From Candidatus Saccharimonadales bacterium (GTDB taxonomy: Bacteria; Patescibacteriota; Saccharimonadia; Saccharimonadales; UBA7683), in assembly GCA_046350615.1 (NCBI GenBank), contig JAXMAA010000001.1, forward strand, positions 268,263 through 332,262: 64,000 nt of DNA, given 5' to 3'. A program made the position numbers and the translations under genes. The notes below the pieces were generated by a model. That model had not been told where the DNA came from. It searched no databases and worked only from the letters and a program-made list of their open reading frames with translations. Positions 8,323 through 18,138 of this stretch are shown here, piece after piece (position 1 is the stretch's first letter; the number at the start of each line of letters is the position of its first letter).

Positions 8323-8388
8323 GATATACCAAAATTATCCAACTATTGCTTTGTTAACTTCTGTTGGTGGACACCCATAAACCTATGG

Positions 8389-8721
8389 CTAGTATGGGCC
8401 TTCTGTGAGATCAATAAGTGCGCCCTGTGCATCTAACTCATCAAAGAACGCCCGCTCCCATAGGTCTTGATTGCCCCAATTGCCATCTGATGCCTGGAAG
8501 TATCTTTCTCTATCATTTCTGGTCATTCCTGCAAGCGCTTCAAGCGCCACAATGTAGCTTTCAAACAGAACAGGCCTCCTTGTTTCATCTTTAAAAACAA
8601 CCCTCGTCTCCATTTGACCATACACCGGGTCGGTGCAACGTAATTTTGCTTCGGCCGCAACCGCTCGAGCCATATCACGTCCATCTTTTTCGTACAATCT
8701 CGCGCCTGTCTTCTCAATCAT
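8389..8721 (-). CDS. Hypothetical protein (110 aa)
   Basis: ORF only; no recognisable motif. Confidence 0.4.
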   Translation of the reverse strand: MIEKTGARLYEKDGRDMARAVAAEAKLRCTDPVYGQMETRVVFKDETRRPVLFESYIVALEALAGMTRNDRERYFQASDGNWGNQDLWERAFFDELDAQGALIDLTEGPY

Positions 8722-8832
8722 AAAACTCCTTCGTTTATATCACAGCTCCACTCTAGAGTTTCTAAGTAGTATTTGAAATATTGTCTATAGTTGTTTATAG
8801 ACAATATTAAATAATATGGGCATACTTATGAC

Positions 8833-9606
8833 ATGCAACCAGTTATCAAGTGGCTCCATGAGTACGGATTGAATCAAACTGAAGTAAAGGTTTACTTGTG
8901 TGTGCTGCAGAATCCGGCGGTTAAAGTTTCGGATATTCAGAGACTTACAGCTCTTGTCCGGACAACTCTCTACTACACCCTTGCCGAATTAAAGACAAGG
9001 GGTCTTATTTCAGAGAATTTACAGAATAACGTGAAGTCGTATCGAGCCGCCGACCCGGACGTTTTAAAGAATGATATAGAGGCACAGATTGCCACAAACA
9101 AGAAACAATTGAACGAACTTGAGAACCTCGAGACTATCTTCAACTCACTCGCTGAAAAAAAGGTGGCACCAGAATCATACGTAGCACGTTTTGAAGGTAT
9201 CGCCCCAATTAAGGGAGCGATTGAGCAGGCGTTTCGCTGTCATTCAAAACGATGGCATATCATTGCAGCTCGTAAAAATTTTCTCTACTTCATGAGCAAG
9301 CAGTACCAGCAATACTATCTGGCCGAAAGGAGACGGCGAGGCATCACTGCCAAAACACTTTGGGAGCCAACTGAAGATTTTAGAGAGCCCACGCTTGAAG
9401 ATGTGCTCTACAGAAATCAACGGAGATTACCTGAAAACTTTCGTGGTAGATTCAAATCACTTGTAATTATCTATGATGATACGACTCTTATTATTGATCC
9501 GTACGAGTACAAAACAGCACATGCAATCCACAATGCTACCACCGCCCGATTACTCAGTATGCTACACGAATCTATCTGGCACCATGCAGGAAAGAATCGA
9601 GCTTAG
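8833..9606 (+). CDS. TrmB-family HTH transcriptional regulator
   Basis: N-terminus KWLHEYGLNQTEVKVYLCVLQNPAVKVSDIQRLTALVRTTLYYTLAELKTRGLI matches the TrmB winged-helix pattern. Confidence 0.6.
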   Translation: MQPVIKWLHEYGLNQTEVKVYLCVLQNPAVKVSDIQRLTALVRTTLYYTLAELKTRGLISENLQNNVKSYRAADPDVLKNDIEAQIATNKKQLNELENLETIFNSLAEKKVAPESYVARFEGIAPIKGAIEQAFRCHSKRWHIIAARKNFLYFMSKQYQQYYLAERRRRGITAKTLWEPTEDFREPTLEDVLYRNQRRLPENFRGRFKSLVIIYDDTTLIIDPYEYKTAHAIHNATTARLLSMLHESIWHHAGKNRA

Positions 9607-9765
9607 AATCCGCTCCTACTATTCAATATCGCCGAAATTGCTCAATTTCGAGACAGAATTTGTTCAAGATGACAAGAAATAGCCGAAGCTACGTCGCGGA
9701 GACTGGAACGGATTTTGACCGGAATTCGGGTGATTTTTAGGCAGAATTGTGAGAGTAGGAGCGGG
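9607..9765. repeat. ~160-bp element bounded by 15-bp imperfect terminal inverted repeats (MITE-like)
   Basis: gaatccgctcctact (9607-9621) and agtaggagcgggttc (9754-9768, its reverse complement with one mismatch). Internal sub-palindromes are also present. It lies between convergent genes. Confidence 0.4.
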
Positions 9766-9768
9766 TTC

Positions 9769-10686
9769 TTAACCTAGTTTTACAACGGCTAGTTCCAAAA
9801 CACGCCACGGCTCAACTGATGATGACTTCAATTGTATGTCGGCGTTGGTAACAACATCAACTATGGCTCGAACACTTGTTGGACGTAAGTTTCTGGCAAG
9901 ATTGCGGGTTTTTTGGACCACGTAGGGGCTGAGTTTGGCCTCTTTCGCCACCTGACTATCACTCGCTGAACTTGCACTTGCTACCACTGCAAGAACATGA
10001 GTCTGCCAGATGAGCATGTTTACTAGCTGGAACGGGTCTTCGTGCGCTCGCTCCATGTCAGAAAGAAGCTGCAAGGCCTGTTGTTGGCGACCACTAAAGG
10101 CATATTCAAGCAATTGAAAAACGGCTTGTTGTGGTGTTTTTTCAACCAACAAGTCAACAGTTTCTTGTGTAATTTTTGGATCGTATGAGAGTAGCTTCTC
10201 TAACTCTTGCTTCAGACGAAGTTGATCAAGGCCGACTCGTTGCACAAAGTAGCTTGCTGCCGAAGTGGTAATCACTCCGCCGTTATCTTTCACAAAAGAT
10301 TCCGCCCACCGCTGCATCGTCATCTCGTCCGGCTCGGTGAACTCTTCCAGCACCGCTGACTTCTTAAGTGTTTTGTAAAACGACGTGCGTTTATCGAGCT
10401 GATTTTCAACCAAAATTACCTGCACCCCATCGGAGGATTTGGTGAGCATTAGAGAAAATTGTTCCGTCAGCTCCTTTTGCTGTGTGAGATTATTAATAAT
10501 TACCAGCCGATGTGTTGAAAAGAGCGTGGCACCTACGAGAAGCGAGGGCAGCTGATTTGGTTCAATGTGCTCGGCGGAAAAAGTCTCCACACCCTCTGGC
10601 CCATACTGAGCAACAAAGTCATCACGAATCTGCGCTAGCCGCTGCTGCAAAGTAAATCTATTTGCGCCAAATAATACGGTTATCAA
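9769..10686 (-). CDS. holA: DNA polymerase III delta subunit-like protein
   Basis: Size (~305 aa), an N-terminal RFC-box-like region and a C-terminal helical domain with the holA-like pattern. It overlaps the upstream gene by 4 nt, suggesting an operon. Confidence 0.6.
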   Translation of the reverse strand: MITVLFGANRFTLQQRLAQIRDDFVAQYGPEGVETFSAEHIEPNQLPSLLVGATLFSTHRLVIINNLTQQKELTEQFSLMLTKSSDGVQVILVENQLDKRTSFYKTLKKSAVLEEFTEPDEMTMQRWAESFVKDNGGVITTSAASYFVQRVGLDQLRLKQELEKLLSYDPKITQETVDLLVEKTPQQAVFQLLEYAFSGRQQQALQLLSDMERAHEDPFQLVNMLIWQTHVLAVVASASSASDSQVAKEAKLSPYVVQKTRNLARNLRPTSVRAIVDVVTNADIQLKSSSVEPWRVLELAVVKLG

Positions 10687-11522
10687 CGGAGTAGCCCCTT
10701 CTTGAGATCAACAACTACCATTGAGCCATCAGTGAAGAACGCATCGCCGCCGCCATTGCGATGTGAATATTTTGGGAAAAACCCTTCTATCTTCTGTACT
10801 TGCTTGGTTCGATGCACCCGCTTAATTGTTTGCACCACAAAATCACGTTCGGCGTCGACATCGCCATCAATGCTATGCGTAATTTGGAGTGTAAATCTTG
10901 AAAGTCCCACGGCATCATCGTAAGTTGCTGCTGCCACCCAGTCAACGTTGTGACCACCGGGCAGATAAATATCTTTCGGAATTCGCCAAAAACGCACATG
11001 ATGACGCTTTGCAGGGTTACCATCTACTTCTTTTTGAAACGCCAGATCTTGCTTTTTGCCAAATACGTACAGATCGCTCACTGGAGCGTTCTCGTAACTA
11101 CGCTTGAGTAGCGTTGCACGTATGGTAGTAAGCGCTGTTTTTATCGTTATTGGATCGGCCAGATCCCAACCTGCTTTACGCATGGTTTTGAGGAGTGTTT
11201 TTTCGGTACCCCGCAGTGCAAGGTTAACAGGATCCGCAAGCAAACCATCAGCTGTTCGCGCGCGCCCGATAAAGTAATCTGGCACATAAATACGACTTAA
11301 AAAACGATGGATACGTGGCAGCAAAATATATGAGGTAACCACCCAGAGCAACAATAAACTGATGAGCACATGCTTATCTGTACGAAGATTATTGATGGCA
11401 ATATAATAAGCCGCAACAACAAAAAGCAAACCACCGAGTAGAATGCCGACTCGTTTAAGCGGTACCACCAGCCGCCATGATTGTCGCATGTACCGCCCTA
11501 CATTCCTGATGAACTTCTGCAC
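10683..11522 (-). CDS. LssY C-terminal-domain-like membrane protein
   Basis: N-terminal transmembrane helices, then a conserved GxxxDPVNLAL..GWxxADPIT pattern typical of the LssY_C family. Confidence 0.45.
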   Translation of the reverse strand: MQKFIRNVGRYMRQSWRLVVPLKRVGILLGGLLFVVAAYYIAINNLRTDKHVLISLLLLWVVTSYILLPRIHRFLSRIYVPDYFIGRARTADGLLADPVNLALRGTEKTLLKTMRKAGWDLADPITIKTALTTIRATLLKRSYENAPVSDLYVFGKKQDLAFQKEVDGNPAKRHHVRFWRIPKDIYLPGGHNVDWVAAATYDDAVGLSRFTLQITHSIDGDVDAERDFVVQTIKRVHRTKQVQKIEGFFPKYSHRNGGGDAFFTDGSMVVVDLKKGLLR

Positions 11523-11554
11523 TTTTGCTCCTTGCTAGGAACTAGTATAGCGAC

Positions 11555-14233
11555 TTATCTGGTTTCAGAAAATGATACACGATTTTGAGAGAACGTAGCG
11601 ATAATCTTTTGGCCGTCTTTTACTTTGCCCTCGATAATTTCAAGTGCGAGCGGGTCTAACAGATCAGTTTGGATGAGACGCTTGAGTGGACGAGCGCCGT
11701 AATTTGGGTCGTAGCCAACTTCGGCCAGGTGTTTTTTGACGCTTTCATCAATGGTGAGCGTAATATTTTTACTCGTTTTGAGGTGTTTGATTACTCGCTC
11801 AAGCTGAACGCCTACAATGTTGTTCATTAATGCTTCACTGAGCCGCTCGAATACCACAATGTCATCAATACGATTAAGAAATTCTGGACGGAAGTGCGCG
11901 CGCAAACGATCGTTGAGGGCAATCTCAAGTGCTTCGTCAGTCAGCCCAATAGGGCTGTCATCCTCGGACTTGATCCGAGGATCCAGTTTATTTTGTATGC
12001 CCTTGGCATTCTTTGTTTGACTGGATTCCAAATCAAGTTTGGAATGACGGGAAGGAAAGTTGGTGTTCAAAATTAAATCGGAGCCAAGATTGCTGGTCAT
12101 GATAATCACCGTGTTGGTGAAGTTGACGGTTCTCCCTTGCCCATCAGTCAAACGCCCATCATCTAAAATCTGCAGTAGTGCATTAAAGACATCTGGATGT
12201 GCTTTTTCAACCTCATCAAACAACACTACAGCATATGGGCGGCGGCGCACAGCCTCGGTCAGCTGTCCGCCCTGCTCGTAACCAACGTAGCCCGGAGGCG
12301 AGCCAATCAGGCGAGCCACGGCGTGCTGCTCCATGTATTCGCTCATGTCAATGCGCACCATGGCATCTTCATCATCAAATAACTGTTCGGCTAGAGCTTT
12401 GGCAGTTTCGGTTTTACCCACACCGGTTGGACCCAAGAATAAGAACGAGCCGATTGGCCGACCCTCATCGGAAATACCGGCGCGTGAACGGCGAATGGCA
12501 TTGGCCACTGCGGTGATAGCCCGATCTTGCCCAATCACCCGCTTTTCCAACTCCTTTTCAAGATGCACCAGCTTCTCAGATTCGCTCTCTAATAAGCGCG
12601 AAACCGGAATGCCGGTCCAGCGTGCTACCACTCTAGCAATATCTTCGCTCGTCACCTCCTCTTTCAAAAGGCGCTTGTCGCCATCAAGCTTTGCAAGCTC
12701 ACTCTTAGCTTTGGCAATGGCTTTCTCGGCTTCCGGAATTTTGCCGTACTGTAATTCACCAGCTTTTGCGAGATCGTTCTCGCGCTGGGCAGCCTCAAGC
12801 TCCGATTTGTACTGATCGAGATTCTCACTAGCTTGGTTTAAATTATCAATCAGTTCTTTTTCACGCAGCCACTGCGTTTCCAGCCCGCTCGAAGATTCCT
12901 TTAAATCTGCGATCTGCTGCTCAAGCTCTTTTTTGCGCGCCTTAGCACTCTCGGACTTATCTTTTTTGAGCGTGGTAAGCTCAATCTCGAGCTGCATTTG
13001 CTTGCGTTTTGCTCTATCAAGCTCGGTTGGCATGCTTTCTATCTCAATTTTGAGTGCCGAGGTGGCTTCATCTATTAAATCCACCGCTTTGTCGGGCAAG
13101 AATCTATCAGCAATGTAGCGGTCACTCAGCCGCGCCGCCGCAATTAACGCATCGTCAGTAATCTTCACGCCGTGGTGAATTTCGTACTTTTCTTGCAAAC
13201 CCCTGAGAATGGCGATTGAATCTTCTACGCTCGGCTCATTCACATACACCGGCTGAAAACGCCGCTCTAAGGCTGCGTCTTTTTCAACGTACTGCCGGTA
13301 TTCATCGAGCGTTGTTGCTCCAATTAGGTGCATTTTGCCGCGCGCGAGTGAAGGCTTAATCATATTACCGGCGTCAACCGAACCCTCTGATTTTCCCGCG
13401 CCAACAATGGTGTGCAGCTCATCAACAAACAAAATAATTTCGCCATCAGATTTTTCTACCTCGTCAATCACCGCCTTAAAACGCTCTTCAAATTCGCCTC
13501 GATATTTTGCGCCAGCCAGAAGACTGCCGATACTCAGCTCAATCAGCTTCTTATTTTTTAGACTACTCGGCACGTCGCCATTCACAATGCGCTGCGCCAA
13601 ACCTTCAGCAATAGCTGTTTTACCCACGCCTGGCTCGCCAATCAGCACCGGATTATTTTTAGTACGGCGAGAAAGTACCTGCATCACGCGCCGAATTTCT
13701 TCATCACGGCCAATAACCGGATCTAACTTGCCACTCCGAGCCAGCTCGGTGAAATCCTGCCCATATTTTTCCAGCACATTTTGCTTATTTTCAGGAGATT
13801 GATCCATAACCTTCCGCCCTCCTCGCACACTTTCAATATTATTTTTAAGCTCATTGTAATCTACGTTAATCAACTTTTGTTCCGCCGCCGCCAAAAGCAC
13901 ATGCTCAGTACTCACGTGCGTGTCGCCGAGATTCTTCGCCTCTTTTTCGGCCCGCTCAATCAGCTTAATGAATTCTCTGTTTGGTCTGATATCAACACTC
14001 GAGACCTCCGCACTACTCTTAGCTACAGCATCGAGACCGTTATTCACAATCCGCACCACCTCATCGCGCACATTCGCCCGATCAATCAAAATCGTAAACG
14101 TCGTATCCGCTTGCTCAAGTAGTGCCTTTAGTAAGTGCCACTGAGAAAACTCCAGATTTTGATGCTCACGAGCCAACTCCACCGCTCGCTGCAGCGCCTC
14201 AATCATCTTATGAGTCAATGAATCCGTATTCAT
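11555..14233 (-). CDS. clpB: ATP-dependent chaperone ClpB, with two in-frame hairpin-repeat insertions near the C-terminus
   Basis: Two AAA+ modules ([10 protein letters not shown] and GPTGVGKTE), a coiled-coil middle domain and a Clp N-domain. The extra segment ...[42 protein letters not shown]... lies between MTSNLGS and [10 protein letters not shown]. Confidence 0.95.
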   Translation of the reverse strand: MNTDSLTHKMIEALQRAVELAREHQNLEFSQWHLLKALLEQADTTFTILIDRANVRDEVVRIVNNGLDAVAKSSAEVSSVDIRPNREFIKLIERAEKEAKNLGDTHVSTEHVLLAAAEQKLINVDYNELKNNIESVRGGRKVMDQSPENKQNVLEKYGQDFTELARSGKLDPVIGRDEEIRRVMQVLSRRTKNNPVLIGEPGVGKTAIAEGLAQRIVNGDVPSSLKNKKLIELSIGSLLAGAKYRGEFEERFKAVIDEVEKSDGEIILFVDELHTIVGAGKSEGSVDAGNMIKPSLARGKMHLIGATTLDEYRQYVEKDAALERRFQPVYVNEPSVEDSIAILRGLQEKYEIHHGVKITDDALIAAARLSDRYIADRFLPDKAVDLIDEATSALKIEIESMPTELDRAKRKQMQLEIELTTLKKDKSESAKARKKELEQQIADLKESSSGLETQWLREKELIDNLNQASENLDQYKSELEAAQRENDLAKAGELQYGKIPEAEKAIAKAKSELAKLDGDKRLLKEEVTSEDIARVVARWTGIPVSRLLESESEKLVHLEKELEKRVIGQDRAITAVANAIRRSRAGISDEGRPIGSFLFLGPTGVGKTETAKALAEQLFDDEDAMVRIDMSEYMEQHAVARLIGSPPGYVGYEQGGQLTEAVRRRPYAVVLFDEVEKAHPDVFNALLQILDDGRLTDGQGRTVNFTNTVIIMTSNLGSDLILNTNFPSRHSKLDLESSQTKNAKGIQNKLDPRIKSEDDSPIGLTDEALEIALNDRLRAHFRPEFLNRIDDIVVFERLSEALMNNIVGVQLERVIKHLKTSKNITLTIDESVKKHLAEVGYDPNYGARPLKRLIQTDLLDPLALEIIEGKVKDGQKIIATFSQNRVSFSETR
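11957..11983. repeat. Hairpin mini-repeat, in frame within clpB
   Basis: gtcatcctcggacttgatccgaggatc (reverse orientation): stem atcctcgga/tccgaggat, loop TCAAG. Translated as DPRIKSEDD. Confidence 0.75.
12023..12048. repeat. Hairpin mini-repeat, in frame within clpB
   Basis: ggattccaaatcaagtttggaatgac: stem attccaaa/tttggaat, loop TCAAG. Translated as HSKLDLESS. Confidence 0.75.
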
Positions 14234-14251
14234 AACCAGAATTATACAAAA

Positions 14252-14278
14252 TTGGCACTCTCAATACAAGAGTGCTAA
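14252..14278. promoter_or_regulatory. CIRCE-like HrcA operator upstream of clpB
   Basis: TTGGCACTC-N9-GAGTGCTAA versus the consensus TTAGCACTC-N9-GAGTGCTAA. It lies 19 nt upstream of the clpB start. Confidence 0.6.
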
Positions 14279-14283
14279 TTTAC

Positions 14284-14874
14284 TTAATCTGGCAGCCAGA
14301 GTTCTATATTGCCGCTACTGATGCCTGGTTTCGGAACAGCACCATATACCGTCAGCGCATCCTCAAACGTCACGGCAGCCACATCAGCGGCGTCCACCAT
14401 GAGCTGCTCGGCTCTCACAAGTTCCGGTAACCTGAACTTTTGCGCGAGTCCATGACGGCGAATGTATGATTCTAGATAACTAGAGCCTATCCCTATTGGT
14501 GTTTCCCAGAAATCATCCTTGCCAATAAACTGTTTTGCATCACGAAACCCGTCCTCACCTAAATGATGCTGGATAATATCTAAGCTTCCTTTGTTTGCTA
14601 TGCCATCGTGTGCCCAATCTAATGCTCGCACAGAGACCCAAAGCATCCGCATAGAACTTGCCACTTTCGCAGCAGCCTGTGCACGCTGAAGAACGGCATT
14701 CCCATCCTCAAAAGTACGCATACGTCGCCAGTAAGTAGCGGCTTGACCAGCAAACGATTCACTCCTACTGATCGGCAATATTCTAAGTTTGTCACTCTGG
14801 TGATCGCCAAACTTCGAAACTACATGCTGATATTCAGCATCCAGCCATTCGGTAACGATTTTCTGAGTGTTCAT
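14284..14874 (-). CDS. Hypothetical protein (196 aa)
   Basis: ORF only. Confidence 0.4.
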   Translation of the reverse strand: MNTQKIVTEWLDAEYQHVVSKFGDHQSDKLRILPISRSESFAGQAATYWRRMRTFEDGNAVLQRAQAAAKVASSMRMLWVSVRALDWAHDGIANKGSLDIIQHHLGEDGFRDAKQFIGKDDFWETPIGIGSSYLESYIRRHGLAQKFRLPELVRAEQLMVDAADVAAVTFEDALTVYGAVPKPGISSGNIELWLPD

Positions 14875-15007
14875 ACTTAATATTGTATCAGAAAATTTAT
14901 ATTTGTCAATGTGCTACATCCGAACATGCAAGTATCCGATCTGTTAGCGTACCACTCCGGGGTCGGACCTCGGAAAAGGTGAAATTATGGTATGATATTA
15001 ATTTGTA

Positions 15008-15036
15008 TTGCATTTGTGTTACTTTTGCTATACAAT
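15008..15036 (+). promoter_or_regulatory. Sigma-70-type promoter of the dinJ-yafQ module
   Basis: TTGCAT (15008-15013), 17-nt spacer, TACAAT (15031-15036). ATG at 15044, so the transcript is nearly leaderless. Confidence 0.5.
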
Positions 15037-15043
15037 GTTGCAC

Positions 15044-15349
15044 ATGAATACGACTACACTCAGTATTAGAACAGATGAGAAGACGAAGGCGGCTATTAAA
15101 GCATTCGCGGATTCGCTCGGTCTTTCAGTCAGCGCGCTTGTGACCACCACCATGCGTCAAACTATCAAAAACGGAAGTGTCACGCTCACGCCACTTGAAC
15201 CCACACCATATCTTGAGGAAATCATGCGGGAGGCTGAAGAAGATCTGAAGGCGGGCCGAGAAGTCACGACTATTCATAATGAAGAAGAACTAAATAGTCT
15301 TTTTGAGGATCTGGGGCATAATGATCTTAAAACTCAGCAAAAAATGTAA
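15044..15349 (+). CDS. DinJ/RelB-family antitoxin, paralog 2
   Basis: MNTTTLSIRTDEKTKAAIKAFADSLGLSVSALVTTTMRQTI is a DinJ-like ribbon-helix-helix fold. Confidence 0.7.
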   Translation: MNTTTLSIRTDEKTKAAIKAFADSLGLSVSALVTTTMRQTIKNGSVTLTPLEPTPYLEEIMREAEEDLKAGREVTTIHNEEELNSLFEDLGHNDLKTQQKM

Positions 15350-15581
15350 GAGACAAATTGAAAACTTACCTCTCGCACAATAAAAACGCCTCCACACGGT
15401 ATTTTTGCTCTTTATGCGCGAGCCACACCACAAATCACTTTATAACCACCCCCTAACAGGTAACTGGAAGGGCTACCGTTCTATCAGCTTTGGTGGCAAC
15501 TGGCGAGCACACTATAAGGTTATTGATGAAAACACCGCCTATTTTGTAACACTTGGCAGTCATAGCCAGCTATACAAGTAG
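15321..15581 (+). pseudogene. YafQ/RelE-family toxin gene interrupted by an in-frame TAA
   Basis: Single frame MILKLSKKCKRQIENLPLAQ*KRLHTVFLLFMREPHHKSLYNHPLTGNWKGYRSISFGGNWRAHYKVIDENTAYFVTLGSHSQLYK*. TAA at 15381-15383. The C-terminus matches the YafQ pattern HPLxGxWKGYRxxHxxxDxxLIYK...G.H..L. It overlaps the antitoxin 3' end by 29 nt, a typical arrangement. Confidence 0.6.
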
Positions 15582-15595
15582 CGACGCCGAACAGC

Positions 15596-16114
15596 TTACA
15601 CGTCATGTCTGTGTGCCAGTGCTTTGATATTATCGATATCCGGCTTCAAAACGTACACCGTATCTGTTGTTTCCCGCTTTTTTGTCGAGATGTATGTAAT
15701 ACGATGACGCGAAACATCTTCAAAGAATTCTCGTGGATAGTCGGTATTATCTATTGTTAAAATATGACAATCTGGCTGCGCGATTGCATAGGCGGCATTC
15801 ACTGTGTCGCATATACTAATACCGTTGACGCGCCCTTTGTGTTCTTTCGAATACAGATAGCGAATCTTTGCCGCGAAATCAAGGAGAACCTCAGATAGAA
15901 CAATGTACCTCGCATTATCTGATATGTACCGTTTGATTTTTAACCGATGTTCTTTGTCGGAACTACAGAGTAGCTCATACTGAGTCAAGCCCGTCACCAC
16001 GAATGTATACCTATCCTCAAACTGTGTAAATAGGTCTCTATAAACGTCAATCTGGCTATCTGTGAGTGCGTGCGATAAAATATTGGCATCGATAACCAAC
16101 AGCCCCTTCATCAT
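15596..16114 (-). CDS. PIN-domain protein (VapC-like)
   Basis: LLVIDANIL (Asp1) ... TQYE ... ICDTVNAAYA ... ILTIDNTDY, i.e. four conserved acidic positions of the PIN fold. A 34-codon Lys-rich ORF (16119-16223, minus strand) lies immediately upstream and is a weak antitoxin candidate. Confidence 0.6.
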   Translation of the reverse strand: MMKGLLVIDANILSHALTDSQIDVYRDLFTQFEDRYTFVVTGLTQYELLCSSDKEHRLKIKRYISDNARYIVLSEVLLDFAAKIRYLYSKEHKGRVNGISICDTVNAAYAIAQPDCHILTIDNTDYPREFFEDVSRHRITYISTKKRETTDTVYVLKPDIDNIKALAHRHDV

Positions 16115-16260
16115 AGCGTCCTTATTTTTTCTTTTTAAACTTCAATAATCCCTTTGATGGGCTTGGGTTGGCCAATTTTGGCTCTCTAACCGAACTCTTT
16201 GGTATTTTTGGTATCTTCATGCTCATAACATACCCCCTTTAAGATACTTTGATGATGTAT

Positions 16261-17142
16261 TTATTGTAGCACAGCAGGGGCGACCTGGCATTTTGGGCAA
16301 ATGTGGGTGCCGCGGCCAGCAACGCGGGTTTTTATGATGGTGGTGCCGCAGCGCTGGCATGGGGTGCCCTCTTTTCTGAAGACGCGGGCGAAGGAGATGT
16401 AACTGCCTTTTTTGCCCTCGGCATTGACGTAATTTTTATCGGTTGAGCCGCCTTTTTCTATCGAGAGCCCAAGAACTGCTCGCAGTTCGGTGTAGAGGTT
16501 GTTAATTTTAGATTTTGGGATGTCTATCACCTTGGTTTCGGGGTGAATCTTGGCCGCCCAAAGACTTTCATCGGCGTAGATGTTGCCTACCCCGGCAATC
16601 ACGGTTTGATCTAAAAGTACTGCTTTAATGCCCGAGTTTTTTCGCCGCAGCAACCTATCTTCAAAAATCGATAATCTAAAATCTGCCTCGAGCGGCTCTG
16701 GGCCCACCTTCTTCATAAAATCAATATTCGGTACTTCAATTGTTGGATATAATCTCACCCAACCAAACTTGCGCTGATCATTGAAAAATAATCTTGCACC
16801 GTTATCGAGGTCAAATATCACCCGGGTAGAGCGATCTGGTAGTTCACCAACCAGCGAATCGTTTGGGTGCCCTGCCCCAAATACAGCCTCTCCCCTATAG
16901 ACAATCTGGCCCGTCATTTTTAAGTGAATGACCAGCGTGTGCTCAGTGGAAAGATCGATTAATAGCAGCTTCGCGCGACGACGAATATCAATTACCGTTG
17001 CGCCAACAAGAAACTCATCTACATCGGCTCGGGCATTTGGAAAGCTTTTTTCGGTATCTGAAGAAACAGCAACGACCTTGTGGCCAATCAATAGCCTCTG
17101 TAAACCGCGTCGAACTGTTTCAACCTCAGGAAGTTCTGGCAT
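16261..17142 (-). CDS. mutM: Formamidopyrimidine-DNA glycosylase
   Basis: MPELPEVETVRRGL N-terminus, an H2TH region and a C-terminal zinc finger CQRCGTTIIKTRVAGRGTHICPKCQ. Confidence 0.95.
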   Translation of the reverse strand: MPELPEVETVRRGLQRLLIGHKVVAVSSDTEKSFPNARADVDEFLVGATVIDIRRRAKLLLIDLSTEHTLVIHLKMTGQIVYRGEAVFGAGHPNDSLVGELPDRSTRVIFDLDNGARLFFNDQRKFGWVRLYPTIEVPNIDFMKKVGPEPLEADFRLSIFEDRLLRRKNSGIKAVLLDQTVIAGVGNIYADESLWAAKIHPETKVIDIPKSKINNLYTELRAVLGLSIEKGGSTDKNYVNAEGKKGSYISFARVFRKEGTPCQRCGTTIIKTRVAGRGTHICPKCQVAPAVLQ

Positions 17143-17571
17143 GTAGCTTATTGTACACTAACGAGTACGAGGCATAAGATGCACTGGCACCGCACCTTCG
17201 CCTGCATCGATAGCCGCCGCAACAACCCAGTCGCCACCGAATCCATCTTTATGACGGGTGCGCATGAAACCTTCTTGTTGCTGTTGTTGCTCCTGCTGCT
17301 GATAGCCGCCACTGGGCACAACTTGCGCCCCTTCCTCGTCCAACCCCGTAGCGCCAGCTAGCGCTGCTGCGCCCTCACCAACAACAGTTATATCATTACC
17401 AGAAAACTCAATGTGTGCCATCTAGACCCTTTTTGTTTTAAAGTTGATATTCCTCACCTTCTAGTGAAAGGCTTATGCACTCGGAGTGCAACCGTTTGTT
17501 GTGAAAAAGAAACGCATTAATGAAATCTTCACTAATTCTCCATCTGTTAAATATGGTTGTGGTGATAAAAA

Positions 17572-18138
17572 TCACTCAACACCAAGTGCTACTAAATCGG
17601 TTTTTACCTGTTCAATATTTGTGTACGCAACAGCCTGCATACCCACGGCTTGAGCACCAACCACATTCACCTCCCGATCGTCAATAAATACGCAGGCCTC
17701 TGCCGGTAGCTCAAGCTCGGCAAGATGTTTAAGGTAGATTACCGCATCTGGCTTGATGACACCCACATGATACGAAAGCGTTACTGCATCAAACAGATCA
17801 ACGTACTCTTGAGGTAAAAAGTTATTGAGCTCACTACCAACATTTGAGATCATCCCCAATTTGTATCCTGCAGCCTTTAACTCCTGAGCGTAAGTAAATA
17901 GCGCTGTATTTGGGTGATGATTAGTTGTGATCATCTCATGGGCGACCCCCCTTGAAGCACCAGTCAGCTTGCAAACTGTGTCTAGAAAATCTTCGTAAGA
18001 AACCCGGCCCCGATCTGCTTGGTGATTAATGTAGCGCAGTTCTTCAGCGATATCATCAGTGCCGTATTGGCGACAAAAAGCCAACCAGCCATCTTCAGTA
18101 AAAACCCCAAAACAATCAAAAATTACCGCCTTAATCAT
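17572..18138 (-). CDS. HAD-superfamily hydrolase
   Basis: MIKAVIFDCFGV motif I (DxD-type), then downstream S/T and K...DD motifs. Confidence 0.75.
   Translation of the reverse strand: MIKAVIFDCFGVFTEDGWLAFCRQYGTDDIAEELRYINHQADRGRVSYEDFLDTVCKLTGASRGVAHEMITTNHHPNTALFTYAQELKAAGYKLGMISNVGSELNNFLPQEYVDLFDAVTLSYHVGVIKPDAVIYLKHLAELELPAEACVFIDDREVNVVGAQAVGMQAVAYTNIEQVKTDLVALGVE

Noticed and set aside
15381-15383. Stop-codon reassignment (TAA or TGA read as sense) to explain the interrupted toxin genes at 15321-15581 and 1903-2127
   Set aside because: Many well-conserved genes in the window terminate with TAA or TGA exactly where homologs end (for example the NUDIX gene ends with TGA at 1893-1895). 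The code is therefore standard, and pseudogenes are the simpler explanation.
17158-17421. 87-aa minus-strand ORF with a poly-Gln run (QQQEQQQQQ)
   Set aside because: It is short and low-complexity and is matched by an equally long antisense ORF (17179..17361). The coding status cannot be supported from sequence alone.
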